From positions 640,001-704,000 of the forward strand of contig CAXXKA010000008.1 of NCBI GenBank assembly GCA_963668625.2: a stretch of DNA of 64,000 bases, given 5' to 3'. Positions 11,054 through 22,700 of the stretch are shown here, piece after piece. The DNA is from an uncultured candidate division Zixibacteria bacterium (GTDB lineage Bacteria; Zixibacteria; MSB-5A5; UBA10806; 4484-95). The notes under the pieces were generated by a model. It had not been told where the DNA came from and did not search any database. It worked only from the letters and a program-made list of their open reading frames with translations. Position numbers and translations under genes: made by a program. Numbering within the stretch: position 1 is the first letter of the stretch; each line of letters starts with the position of its first letter.

Positions 11054-12748
11054 ATGAGGTTCAATATCGATAAGATACAACGAGAATGGCTGGCTACTGT
11101 AACCACTAAACTTCTCTTAGCTATAATCCTTCTGGTAGGCGCCATCTCTATATTTATTTATGTCTTCTTCCCCGACCAGCTCGAAAATCAATCATACAGA
11201 CTTCTGGGAGAAAAAGCCGAGGGAATTTCCGGTGTTACAGCCGCAGCGATATCGGGTTCGCTTCAAAATAATGATAAGCAGTACATCGATGATATCCTGG
11301 CGCAAACCGCAGGTCTCGAGGATTTGAAATATGCTGTCGTGCTAGATAAAGATATGCAGGTATTCACCTCGGTATATTTACCGGTCGCGGAAAAATACAA
11401 TTACTACGTTCAGCAATCATACAAATCAATTTCCAGTGATGATGAAATATTCACGGTAAAACGTAATATCGTTTACGACCGGGAGAAGATCGGCACGTTG
11501 TATATGGGATTTTCTCTGGAGGACGCTAACGCGAGCATCTCCCAGAGTTATAAGAACGCTACCGGTATCGCGATGCTTTTTATTGTGCTGGGAATAATCG
11601 CGGCCCTTATAACAAAGGCGAGAATTGTCACGCCGATTAAGGTATTGAATAAAGCTATACAGGATTTCGCGGCCGGAAATCTCTCTCGACGTACAGATAT
11701 GCGCAGTATGGATGAGATAGGCGAACTGTCTCGTTCCATAAACGCGATGGTCAATAATTGGGAAAGTACCCAGCAGGAGTGGGGTATCCTTAACAAAGGA
11801 CTGGAACAGCGCGTCTCCGACAGAACCCGCGAGTTGGAGGAGGAGATAACCGAGCGTACGAGAGCCGAGGAGGAACTGCGTTTCTATATGACCAAGCTGG
11901 AAAACTCTAACCGTGAATTACAAGATTTCGCTTTCGTTGCCTCGCACGATTTGCAGGAACCATTGCGTAAGGTTCAGGCATTCGGCGATCGCCTGAAGGC
12001 TGCCTGCGGCGATGAGCTTTCTGAAAAAGCCGCCACCTATCTAGACAGGATGCAGTCTGCCGCCGGCAGGATGCAGGTTCTGATAAAAGACCTGCTGACT
12101 TTCTCGAGAGTCACCTCGAAGGCCCGCCCGTTCGAGCCGGTCGAGATGAATACGATCGCGAATGAGGTATTGTCCGATCTCGAGGTAAGTATCGAACGTC
12201 TGAAAGGCAAAGTCGAAATAGGCGAGATACCCAATATTCAAGCCGACCCCATGCAGATGCGCCAGTTATTCCAGAACCTCATAGGCAACGCCCTGAAATT
12301 CCACAAGGAGGGCGAATCACCGGTAGTGAAAGTGTACGCCGAACTGCTGAAAGGCAGAAGGCTCGGCGAACGCGATGGCAGGGAATTTTGCCAATTGGTG
12401 TTCGAGGATAACGGTATCGGTTTCGATGAGAAATACACCGAAAAGATTTTCGCGGTGTTCCAACGCCTTCACGGAAGATCGGAATATGAGGGTACCGGCC
12501 TGGGTCTGGCTGTTTGCCGTAAGATAGTGGAACGTCACGGTGGCTCGATCATCGCCAAAAGCGAGCCCGGCAATGGCGCTAAATTCTTCATTACGATGCC
12601 GGTAACTCAGGATGAGCCGCAGGTTCAGGAAAAGCAACCGGTATGCGATTCTCCCGAGAATGATGATAATAATCAGGCGGGTGTTGATGATAAAAAGATT
12701 ACCATAAACCAGGGCATGGAGACGAGCTTCATGGTACCGTGTCCATAG
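11054..12748 (+). CDS. Membrane sensor histidine kinase (2 TM, HAMP, HisKA-HATPase)
   Basis: ASHDLQEPLRK H-box, QNLIGNALKF, DNGIGF, GTGLGLA; start codon uncertain (11006-11054). Confidence 0.92.
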   Translation: MRFNIDKIQREWLATVTTKLLLAIILLVGAISIFIYVFFPDQLENQSYRLLGEKAEGISGVTAAAISGSLQNNDKQYIDDILAQTAGLEDLKYAVVLDKDMQVFTSVYLPVAEKYNYYVQQSYKSISSDDEIFTVKRNIVYDREKIGTLYMGFSLEDANASISQSYKNATGIAMLFIVLGIIAALITKARIVTPIKVLNKAIQDFAAGNLSRRTDMRSMDEIGELSRSINAMVNNWESTQQEWGILNKGLEQRVSDRTRELEEEITERTRAEEELRFYMTKLENSNRELQDFAFVASHDLQEPLRKVQAFGDRLKAACGDELSEKAATYLDRMQSAAGRMQVLIKDLLTFSRVTSKARPFEPVEMNTIANEVLSDLEVSIERLKGKVEIGEIPNIQADPMQMRQLFQNLIGNALKFHKEGESPVVKVYAELLKGRRLGERDGREFCQLVFEDNGIGFDEKYTEKIFAVFQRLHGRSEYEGTGLGLAVCRKIVERHGGSIIAKSEPGNGAKFFITMPVTQDEPQVQEKQPVCDSPENDDNNQAGVDDKKITINQGMETSFMVPCP

Positions 12749-12769
12749 GGTGATATGAAGGAGCATACG

Positions 12770-13267
12770 ATGAACGAAAACGGCAAACCGATTACGATTT
12801 TGCTGGCAGAGGACGATCCCGATGATCGTTTGATGGCGACCGAGGCTCTCGAGGAGAGCCGCCTTGCCAATGACCTGAAAATAGTCGAGGATGGCGAGCA
12901 GTTGATGGATTATCTTTATCAGCGAGGTAAATTCGCAAACCTCGAGGACTGGAATATGCCCGGCCTTATACTTCTTGATTTGAACATGCCTAAGAAAGAT
13001 GGTCGGGAGGCGCTCGAAGAGATTAAAGCAGATCAAAGATTACGACGCATTCCGATCGTGGTTTTGACCACCTCCGGCGAGGAGGAGGATATCTTTCGCT
13101 CTTACGATCTGGGGGTAAACTCGTTTATTACCAAGCCCGTGTCATTCGAGGGATTAGTCGAGATAATGAAAACCCTACGAATTTACTGGTTCGAAATCGT
13201 TGAACTACCCGGCAATAGAAGCGGAGAGGCGAATGGAAAACAGCATCATAAAAGTGCTGTTAGTTGA
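12770..13267 (+). CDS. Single-domain response regulator (Rcp1-like)
   Basis: LLAEDDPDD, LLDLNMPKKDG, VLTTS, NSFITKP; GAAGGAG RBS upstream of ATG 12770. Confidence 0.92.
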   Translation: MNENGKPITILLAEDDPDDRLMATEALEESRLANDLKIVEDGEQLMDYLYQRGKFANLEDWNMPGLILLDLNMPKKDGREALEEIKADQRLRRIPIVVLTTSGEEEDIFRSYDLGVNSFITKPVSFEGLVEIMKTLRIYWFEIVELPGNRSGEANGKQHHKSAVS

Positions 13268-15626
13268 TGACGATGAAGACGATTACCTTATAACCAGCGA
13301 CCTTATCGAGGAGATCGAGCGAACCAAATTCAAGATGGAATGGTGCGCCAGTTTCTTCGGGGCGCTGGAGATAATTAATCAGCATCGCCATGACGTTTAC
13401 CTTATAGATTACAGGCTTGGTCCGCACAGCGGACTGGAGCTAATCACCAAGGCCATAAACGAGGGCTGCAATGCGCCCATGATACTCCTTACCGGACAGG
13501 GTGATTCCGAGGTCGATATCATGGCCATGGAGGCGGGCTCTACCGATTACCTGGTAAAAGGTCAACTCGATTCGGCGATATTGGAAAGAACCATTCGCTA
13601 CGCGCTCCAGCGTAAACGCTCGGAGGATTTACAGTCTGCTTTATTTAAAATATCCGAGGCAACCAATCTTTCGCACAACCTGGAGGATTTACTCGCGACC
13701 ATCCACAAAGTACTGGGTACGTTAATCGATTCGACCAATTTCTGTGTGGCCTTGTACGATAAATCCTCGAAAGAATACTCGTTCCCGTATATGGCCGATA
13801 AATGCGCTATAGAGGAAAACGCCAACTCGATCCTCAAGAAGAGTCTCATTAATCATATTCGAAGGTGCGGTAAACCGACTTTACTCGAACGCAATTCGTT
13901 GAACGAAATCATCGCGGATAAAGGCGTGCAGCCGGGTGATGATACGCCGCTCATAAGTATCGGCGTCCCTCTTCACACCGCGCAGGGGATAAACGGCGTG
14001 GTAATGCTTCACAGTTACACCAACGAAAACCTGTATACGAAAAAAGATCTGGATTTGCTGGCTTTCGTTTCCGGGCACATCGCTATGGCGATAGAACGCA
14101 AAAAATCCGAAGCCGAGATCAAGGATCTGGCTAAGTTTCCCAGCGAGAACCCCAACCCGGTACTGAGAATTTCCAGCGAGGGAATAATACTATACGCCAA
14201 TAAAGCAAGTCTGCCGTTATTGGACGAGTGGCAAGCAGATATTGGCGACGCCATACCGGAAAAACTTCACGAGTGCCTCCTGGCGATTCTTAAAGAAGAA
14301 AATACCTGCGAGAAAGAGATATCGTTCGGTGAAAAATCATATGCTTTTACGTTTTCCCCGGCGATAGAGCAAAACTATATCAATATCTACGCCCAGGATA
14401 TCAGCGCCCGCAAGCAGGCCGAGAAACAACGCAAGAAACTACAGGAGCAGCTTACCCGGGCGGAGAGAATGGAGTCGCTGGGTGTACTGGCAGGCGGCGT
14501 AGCTCACGACTTGAACAACATCCTGGGGCCGCTGGTAGCTTATCCCGAGATAATAAAGATGAAACTCCCGCCGGAAAGCCCTATTCGGGATGAGATTTCC
14601 AAAATCGAGAAATCGGCGCAGCGGGCGGCGGATGTCGTGCAGGATTTGCTTACTATGGCTCGCAGGGGACGATATGATATGGCGCCGCTCAGTTTCAATG
14701 ATGTCGTAAATTCGTATTTACAGTCCACCGATTACAATAATCTTGAAAGCAAGTACGCCAGCACCAATCTTATCTGCAAACTGGATGAAAACATACCTCG
14801 TATAAACGGCTCAGCGCCGCATCTGTATAAAGTAATAATGAATTTGGTAATGAACGCCTGTGAGGCTATGCCGGATGGCGGCGAATTAATAGTAAAAACC
14901 GAATGTCACAACCTTGACCGCCTCAGCAGCGGTTTCAACAATATTAAAATCGGTGATTATGTCATCCTCACGATCAGCGATACCGGACACGGTATAACCA
15001 AAAAAGATCAGAGACATCTATTCGAGCCATTCTACACCAAGAAGAAAATGGGATCGAGCGGCAGCGGACTCGGATTGGCTATCGTTTATGGAGTGACCAA
15101 AGATCACAACGGTTACATCGATGTTATCAGTGAGATCGGACAGGGCACGGATTTTATCCTGTATTTCCCTGCCATCACAAATGATAATTTCTGCGAGAAA
15201 GAAAATCAAACCGTAACTGATATACATGGTTCAGAGAAAGTTCTGGTAGTGGATGATCTCGAGGATCAGCGCGAACTCGCTTCTCTTGTATTAACCAATC
15301 TAGGTTATGATGTTCACGCTGCAGCCAATGGCCATGAGGCAATCGAATATCTTCGTCAGCATGATGCCGATATCATTATACTCGATATGATAATGGAGGA
15401 TAATTTTGACGGTCTCGATACGTATCGTGAGATCATAAAAATCAAACCCGGCCACAAAGCGATAATTGCCAGCGGCTTCTCAGCAACCGACAGGGTCAAA
15501 GAAGCCGAACGGCTCGGCGTGGGTAAATATATTCGTAAACCTTATACGATGCAAACTCTGGGTATTGCCATTCGCGAAGTTCTTGATACTCCCAAAACAA
15601 GGCGACAGGAAACAGTGCACGCCTAG
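13233..15626 (+). CDS. Cytoplasmic hybrid kinase REC-GAF-PAS-HisKA/HATPase-REC
   Basis: N-terminal LLVDDDEDD, SENPNPVLR PAS, GGVAHDLNN, EPFYTKK..GSGLGL, C-terminal VVDD...LDMIM..KP; GGAG RBS before ATG 13233. Confidence 0.92.
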   Translation: MENSIIKVLLVDDDEDDYLITSDLIEEIERTKFKMEWCASFFGALEIINQHRHDVYLIDYRLGPHSGLELITKAINEGCNAPMILLTGQGDSEVDIMAMEAGSTDYLVKGQLDSAILERTIRYALQRKRSEDLQSALFKISEATNLSHNLEDLLATIHKVLGTLIDSTNFCVALYDKSSKEYSFPYMADKCAIEENANSILKKSLINHIRRCGKPTLLERNSLNEIIADKGVQPGDDTPLISIGVPLHTAQGINGVVMLHSYTNENLYTKKDLDLLAFVSGHIAMAIERKKSEAEIKDLAKFPSENPNPVLRISSEGIILYANKASLPLLDEWQADIGDAIPEKLHECLLAILKEENTCEKEISFGEKSYAFTFSPAIEQNYINIYAQDISARKQAEKQRKKLQEQLTRAERMESLGVLAGGVAHDLNNILGPLVAYPEIIKMKLPPESPIRDEISKIEKSAQRAADVVQDLLTMARRGRYDMAPLSFNDVVNSYLQSTDYNNLESKYASTNLICKLDENIPRINGSAPHLYKVIMNLVMNACEAMPDGGELIVKTECHNLDRLSSGFNNIKIGDYVILTISDTGHGITKKDQRHLFEPFYTKKKMGSSGSGLGLAIVYGVTKDHNGYIDVISEIGQGTDFILYFPAITNDNFCEKENQTVTDIHGSEKVLVVDDLEDQRELASLVLTNLGYDVHAAANGHEAIEYLRQHDADIIILDMIMEDNFDGLDTYREIIKIKPGHKAIIASGFSATDRVKEAERLGVGKYIRKPYTMQTLGIAIREVLDTPKTRRQETVHA

Positions 15627-15700
15627 GACTATCAGTTTTACGATACAATTTAATTTTCACATAATTTCACTAGTATCCGGCCTTTGGTTAAAGGCTCGCC

Positions 15701-15807
15701 TCAGGATGTCGTACCTTCCATCCTGAGACATCGCGCTGGGATTAGTCGTAGAGATATATAGGTTCCTTCTTACATCAGAAGGATATGTCAGGATGAAAGC
15801 GGAGCGC
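15701..15807. repeat. Palindromic ~107-bp TCAGGATG/CATCCTGA-type repeat; its inverted copy at 51522-52902 is interrupted by IS4
   Basis: The reverse complement matches gcgctccg.tttcat.ctgacatatcc (51522) and actaatccca..cgat..ctca.gatgg.aggt.cga.atcctga (52857-52902). Confidence 0.65.
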
Positions 15808-15812
15808 ATAAA

Positions 15813-15970
15813 CAGACTGATTCCTTCGTCCATTTCACTCTATCGTAACGGCACGAATAGGGATTTTTCCAACAACCCCCCGATTTGGGAACCAAACGTA
15901 TAAAAAAAACCTCAAAAATACTACATAAACAAAAGGGAGTCTCGAAAAACTCCCTTTTGTCATCAGTCTG
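15813..15970. mobile_element. IS1182-type right-end remnant (possible MITE)
   Basis: acaaaagggagtctcgaaaaactcccttttg(t/c)catcagtctga is shared with 42021-42063; 9-bp IR cagactgat (15813)/atcagtctg (15970). Confidence 0.6.
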
Positions 15971-15992
15971 ACCCGGCATTTTCATGCCGGGT
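15971..15992. terminator. GC-rich hairpin between convergent genes
   Basis: ACCCGGCAT-tttc-ATGCCGGGT; no clear U-tract. Confidence 0.45.
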
Positions 15993-16048
15993 AATGCTGC
16001 ATTGGTGCGGAATTTTAGGCTCCCCTCCTGAATTTGCTCTCTTTTTGG

Positions 16049-16408
16049 CTAATTCTCCAGATGTGCTAAGTCAAAGTTGCTAATCATGTTGTTGATTTGT
16101 AAGTCTAACAACAAATCCAAGCAAGCTACTGTACCTTCAGCCTGATACGTTTTAACCCCATGTTTAAACACCAAAATTGAAGGAACATGAAAACGTATTT
16201 CGTTCTCATCAGCGAGCCACCTGTTTGAGTCGTAATCCAGCAGCATCAATTTCACACGACCACTCGATTTATTAATGAAATTCCGTAACGCCGGTTGAAC
16301 CATATAAAACGCCCCATTCCAACCGGTTCCCAGCGCGACACAGACAATCTCATCATTCGTGTTTATTCGCCGATCAAAGTCTTTTTTTGAAATAGTCTTG
16401 AAATCCAT
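16049..16408 (-). CDS. Thioredoxin-fold protein lacking CxxC (119 aa)
   Basis: GWNGAFYMVQP at the WCGPC position, VPSILVFKHG cis-Pro loop; GAGG RBS before ATG 16408. Confidence 0.65.
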   Translation of the reverse strand: MDFKTISKKDFDRRINTNDEIVCVALGTGWNGAFYMVQPALRNFINKSSGRVKLMLLDYDSNRWLADENEIRFHVPSILVFKHGVKTYQAEGTVACLDLLLDLQINNMISNFDLAHLEN

Positions 16409-16448
16409 TAATTTTACCTCATAATTTTCTTTATTTTCTATAATTAAT

Positions 16449-16464
16449 TGCAATGATTATGCCA
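16449..16464 (-). promoter_or_regulatory. sigma54 (-24/-12) promoter
   Basis: Minus strand TGGCATAATCATTGCA has exact GG-N10-GC spacing, about 40 nt upstream of ATG 16408. Confidence 0.8.
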
Positions 16465-16502
16465 CAAACGCAAAAATATATTCAAATACTCAATCTCTTA
16501 TT

Positions 16503-16515
16503 TATCAACACGTTA
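16503..16515. promoter_or_regulatory. IHF-like site
   Basis: TATCAACACGTTA fits WATCAANNNNTTR, about 40 bp upstream of the -24 box. Confidence 0.55.
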
Positions 16516-16631
16516 CCATTAGCACACAGCATATGTCATATAATTACTGAATTATGTCTAATTCCCAATATTTTATAAATGATCATAGTGATCGGTGTGC
16601 GAAATCGCTCCGCATAACATAACCTATTTAT

Positions 16632-16644
16632 TATCAATATATTA
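16632..16644. promoter_or_regulatory. Second IHF-like site
   Basis: TATCAATATATTA fits WATCAANNNNTTR, but the region is AT-rich. Confidence 0.4.
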
Positions 16645-16712
16645 CATGAATAAATTCGGATGATTTGATATAGATACTTAATTTTTAAGAAATCCCAAAA
16701 TAATAGGATAAA

Positions 16713-19700
16713 CTAAGATGGCCGTTTAATTCCCAATTTTTTCATACGGGCTTCCAGAGTGGTGGGTTTTATTTTCAATATCTGTGCCGCACCATCTTTG
16801 CCACTAACTTTCCAATTGGTTATTTTAAGAGTTTTCAGTATATGTTCTCGCTCCAATTCCTCCAGCGAGGAAATATGGCTGGGACTGACTTTAACGAAAG
16901 CCTTGGTTTCCCATTCCCCCAGGTCGAGTTGATTGCCTTTACTGATAATGACCGCTCTTTCGATAACGTTCTCCAACCCACGGACGTTACCCGGCCAATC
17001 GTACTCCTGAAGACGAGTCATAATATTTTTGGGAATTTTATCTATTTTCTTGCCGATTTTCTGGCAATACTTTTCGTTGAAATGTTTCACTAAAATAGGA
17101 ATATCATCGTGACGTTCCCGTAATGGTGGTACGAATATTGGGAAAACATTCAGCCGATGGTATAAATCCAGGCGGAATTTACCATCCTCAACCGCTTTAT
17201 CCAAATCCCTATTAGTCGCGGCAATCACTCTGACATCAACTTTAACCGTTTTTGTGCCTCCGAGACGTTCGAATTCCGATTCTTGCAATACTCTCAGAAG
17301 CTTGACCTGGAGATCAACCGGTATATCGCCTATCTCATCCAAGAATATCGTGCCACCATTGGCCAGATCAAATCGACCCTCACGGCGGGATACGGCGCCC
17401 GTGAAAGCTCCTTTTTCATATCCGAACAACTCGCTTTCTATAAGTGTGGCGGGCAAGGCAGCGCAGTTAACCTTAACCAAAGGCCGGTTGCGGCGATTAC
17501 TCAAATTATGTATTGCCCTCGCGAACAACTCTTTACCTGTGCCCGTTTCGCCTAATATAAATACCGTGCTGTCGGTACCGGCAACCTGTTCCACTTTATG
17601 AAGAGCCTTTTGTAAACTCTTACTACTACCGATGATTTCGTGGAAATTATGCTCTAATTCTATTTCTTTTTGAAGGTATATATTTTCCTGTTCGAGCCTG
17701 TTTTTCAACGCCTCGATTTCGGCATAAGCGTTTTTAAGCTCTTCTTCATCTCTTTTACGCTGGGTGATATCAAGGGCGGCGAATGTCACTCCGCCAAGTA
17801 AATCACGGGTATCGACAGGCGCCACGCATAAAAGGATATCGATTATATCTCCGTTTTTACATCGCCATTTGGTTTCAACCGTTCCGATACCTTTCTTATC
17901 CAACTGCTTTTCTTGCTTTTCGCCAACCCACTCGTATTCATAATGGCTCGGATACAAAAATTCGGTATTCTTGCCTACCATTTCCTCGTTCGCATAACCG
18001 GTCATCTCACATAAAAATTCATTAGCGCTTAATATCTGACGGTTGGAAACAAGGCCGATACCTATCGGAGCCGCTCGGAAAATACTCTCTATACGGGCTT
18101 TGCTTCGCTGAATTTCTTCCTCTGCTTTCTTTCTGCGGGTGAGATCCGAACATATACCGGCATACATAGTAACTTTGCCGCCATCGTCTTTAATCGGGAA
18201 CCCTCTTTCATGTATCCAGCGTACGTTACCATCCGGCTGCACTACTCGGTATTCATGAGAGTACGAGTTGCCCTCCTCCATTTGCGCACTGACAAATATA
18301 AGCGTTCTTTCCCTGTCATCGGGGTGAATAGCCTCAATCCATTCATTGGGGGATTTTTCCAAATTTAAGCGAGGGCGTCCCCATATATTATCATATTCAG
18401 GACTGATATAAATTATATCTTTTGTATCGACCGACTCCAGCCAAAACACATCCCTGATTGTCTCGGCAACTAGTCTGAATCTCTCCTCGCTTTCCCTGGT
18501 CTGCTTTTCCGCCTTCTTCCTGTCGGTAACATCACTTATAATAGCAATAATACTTTCTACTTCTCCATTATCGTTCAGGAGAGGTGTGGCATTTATGGAT
18601 AAATACATCAGTTTGCCGTCGCCATGTTGAATACAGTGTTCGATATCGAATACAGTTTCTTTGGTACGCAATACTTTATTAAACGGCAAATCCTCCTCCG
18701 GGAAAGGATTGCCTTCGCAATCGGTAATTCGCCATTCCGGTGAATTGTACTTCAATTTCATTACTTTATCGCGTTCCAGCCCGAGAATATATTCAGCCAT
18801 CTCGTTAGCGAATATTATTTCGCCTCCGGTATTCATGGTAACTATACCAATGGGGCTGGTTTCGTTCAGGCGGGAGACGAAGTCTTTTTCTGCCTTGAGA
18901 GCATCCTCGGCTTTTCTGCGTTCGGTTATATCCTCTCCCGAGCTTAAAGTGCCGGTAATTTTACCGTTCTGATCTTTAAGGTAAGTGTTATGCCAGGCAA
19001 CGAGTCTCTGATCATTATCTTTAGTCTTAACATGATTTTCAAAATACGCGTAAGCCTCGATCCGACCCTCCATGATATCCTCAAATACCGACTTAACCTG
19101 TTCTATTTGCTCTTCGGGAATAACCGTATCGAACCAGTTTGTCCCCATCAATTCTTCCTCGGTATAACCCAGAAGGCTACAGCCTTTTTTATTGATCAGG
19201 TTAATAATACCATCGGAGGATATAGCGACCAGCACCGTTTCTGCGATATCGAGATATTGTTGAGCCTTATCTCTTTCGGCCTTTATCCTGCGTTCGGCGG
19301 TCTTAACTTTGGTAATATCCTCGAAAGATACCGCCAGCTTGTCTCCGGGAATACGAAATGCCCTTACCCGGTAATATCCCGCAATCCGATCATCCCGATA
19401 GTACCCGTCCTCGATTTCAAGCATCTTGCCTGTTCGAGCGGCATCCATGTATATATCGGTTAAACCTTCCTCGCGGGCGTTTATCCATACCTCATCGAAC
19501 TCTTTACCTGCCATTTTCTCGATATCGATACCGGTCAAACGTATAGCCTCCGGATTGGCGCTTCGTAAAATAAGTTTATCCGGAGCCTGATATTCGTAGA
19601 TGAAGAAACCGATTTGAATCTTACGGATCATATCGGCGGAAGTCTGGTAGCTAGTCAGGAGATCGATCTCGGCCTGTTTGCGTTCAGTTATATCCTGCAC

Positions 19701-22700
19701 GACTCCGTATTGAGCAACAACCTCACCGGCCTCATTGCTCGCAGGATAAACCTCGGCATTAAGATATCTTACCTCACCGTCTTTGCGAATAATCCGGTAT
19801 TCCCGCTTAAAATGTGTATTTTCCTTTTGCACGTTTCGGTCGATTTCTAAAAACTTTTCTCTATCGTCGGGGTGGATTGCAGACATGAAAAACTTCATGT
19901 CAGGTTCTATCTCGCCAGGCTCATATCCGAGTATTTTATATGCCTCATCCGACCATTTTAGAATACCGGTAGATAAATCACGATAGAAACTTCCGACATG
20001 CGCTATTTTCTGAGACTGGGCAAGCATCTCGCGATTTTCAATCAAGGCAAGTTCAGCAAGTTTACGTTCGGTGATATCCATAATCGTGCCAATTAAGGTC
20101 ATCGGTTTACCACTACTATCCAACCTTGGCATTCCTCGTCCCCAAACATACCTGATTTCACCATCGGGCATTACTATTCTATGCTCAAAATCAACAGTTT
20201 CACCTTTTACTAATTTTTCTCTGATTTCATCCATGTAAGCGATATCATTCGGATGAACATGATCCCTCAGAGTATCTTTGTCAAAGGCTGGATCTCCCGG
20301 CTCGAATCCATATATCAGGTATAATTCATCCGTGCCAATTATTTCACCGGTTATGACATCTATCTCCCAACTTCCCAGATGGGCTAGTTTCTGGGCATTG
20401 TCAAGCGCCTGGCGGCTCTGGCGAAGTTCTTGTTCGGCAAGTTTGCGTTCGGTGATATCCATGACCACGCCGATTAGCCGTTTGGCTTTGCCATTCTTAT
20501 CGCGTTCGGCATCCCCATATACTGCTACCCAATGAATCGATTTATCCGGCCAGATAACTCTCATTTCTATGTTGTGTTCTTTACCATCCTCGACACTGGC
20601 CCTTACGTTTTCTTGCCAATATTCGAGATCATCCGGGTGTATACTGCCGGCAACCTCTTCAAGAGTGCCTTTAAATCCTTCAGATTTCAATCCCCAGGTT
20701 TCTAAAACCTCATCAGACCAGAATATCGTGTTTTCTTCTATATTCCACTCCCAGGTACCTATACCGGACACCTGCTGCGCCAGTCGATACCGTTCTTCGC
20801 TTTCGCGCACGGCTTCCTCGGCCTCATGAAGTCCGGTTAGATCGTTAACCAGGGAATAAAATCCCTCTAGCTCGCCTTTTTCATTCTTTGCCGGAATATA
20901 ATCCACGCTGACATGTTTGATTTCGCCCGAGGGTAAATTTACCATATCGTAAAAATGAACAGTCTGTCCCGAGAGTGCCTTCTGTTGTTGTTCCCTCATA
21001 CTATCGGGAATAAATTCTCCAATAATCTCCTCGACTGTTTTACCGAGAATCTCCTCTTTAGTCTTATTGAACCATTTACTATAAGATGCATTACAAAATT
21101 GATAACGACCGTTCTTATCAATAAAGGTAATCAATGACGGTAAATTATCGGTAATCTCTTTAATAAGCCTCTCACTCGCGTCCAGTGATTTCTCGGCGAG
21201 CTTAACATCCGATATATCGATTTGAATGCCCTCAAGCATCTCCAGTTCGCCGTTTTCATCGAATATTCCCTGGCCTTTTTCCCAAATCCATTTTATCTCG
21301 TCATCAATCGTCATGATCTGGTATACCAGTTCGAACGATTCTTTCTTTTGGATGGCTTTTTGAACGTTATCCCATACCTGGCCTCTATGTTCCGGCAATA
21401 TCAAGTCGTTCAATTGAACTCGACCTTCAATGAAGTCCTGCGGTGGAATTCCCGTTAAATCTTTTATACCCTCACTATAGAAAATCATGGTCCAATTTCT
21501 ATCGTTCAGGCATTGGTATACCGCCCCCGGTAAGTCGTACATCAATCTCGAAAGCTGTTCCTGGCTTTTCCGTATACGTTTCTCTTGCTCGTATTTCTCG
21601 GTCACGTCCCTGAACACCATCACAACACCGACTATATTATCAAAGCTATCTTTAATTGGCGCGCCGCTATCGGCAATCTGATATTCGGAGCCATCTTTTG
21701 CAACCAGGATGGTATCGTTGGCCAACCCGATTATCTTCCCGCTCTCCATCACTTTTTCGACTGGGTTCTGGCAGGGTTCTCCTGTTTTACCGTTACATAT
21801 ATTGAAAACTTCATTCAACGGATTGCCTACCGCCTCATTAATATCCCAGCCGGTTAAGCTTTCGGCTACAGGGTTCATCCTTATTATTAAGCCGTTGATA
21901 TCCGTGCTGATGACGGCATCTCCGATGGAGTCCAGTGTAATACGAAGGTTTTCCTCATTTTCCAGCAGTTGTTGCTCGGCCGCTTTTCTCTGTGTTATAT
22001 CCTGTACAGTGCCCCTTATTGATACTAGCGCACCACTGTTATCATATACTCCCTGGAATGTGGATGAGTAATAACCGATGCTGCCATCGGGGCGCAGGAA
22101 CCTTTGCTCATAGGACCCCTGGTTTTTACTTTCAATGGCTTTCTGTATAAGTTCTTGATCTCTTTTGTTTTCTTCCGGCCATGGAGATAAAGAGAGAATC
22201 GAGTCAATCTGCGGGGTAAACTCATCCGGGTTAAGCTGGAAAATTTTAAATACTTCCTCCGACCATTGAACATCACCGGATTTGACATCCCAGTACCAAT
22301 AACCGAGATTTGCCATTTGCTGGGCTTCACGCAATTTAGCTTCGTTCGTACGTAAGGCCTCGTTTACTATTTTTCTTTCGGCTATCTCCCAGGCCAGATT
22401 GGCCAAAAGCGATACGGCCTCCACATCCTGCTTGATATAATTAACCGGCTTGTTGCCGATACCGAGAATGGCTTTGATTTTATCGCCTCGGATTACCGGC
22501 ACAACCAACTCGCGTATCACTTCGGCATGTCCCTCCGGCATGCCTTTGCGATGCGGCAATGAGGCGTAATCGTTATGGATCACCGGTTTCAGTTCTCTAA
22601 CACAGTCCACCCATACACCGGCTTCACTGATATCGTAGTGTAATCCCTTACCCTCGGCCGTGCAAAATTCCGTTTTTGTTCTGGTAGACCAATCCTGAAG

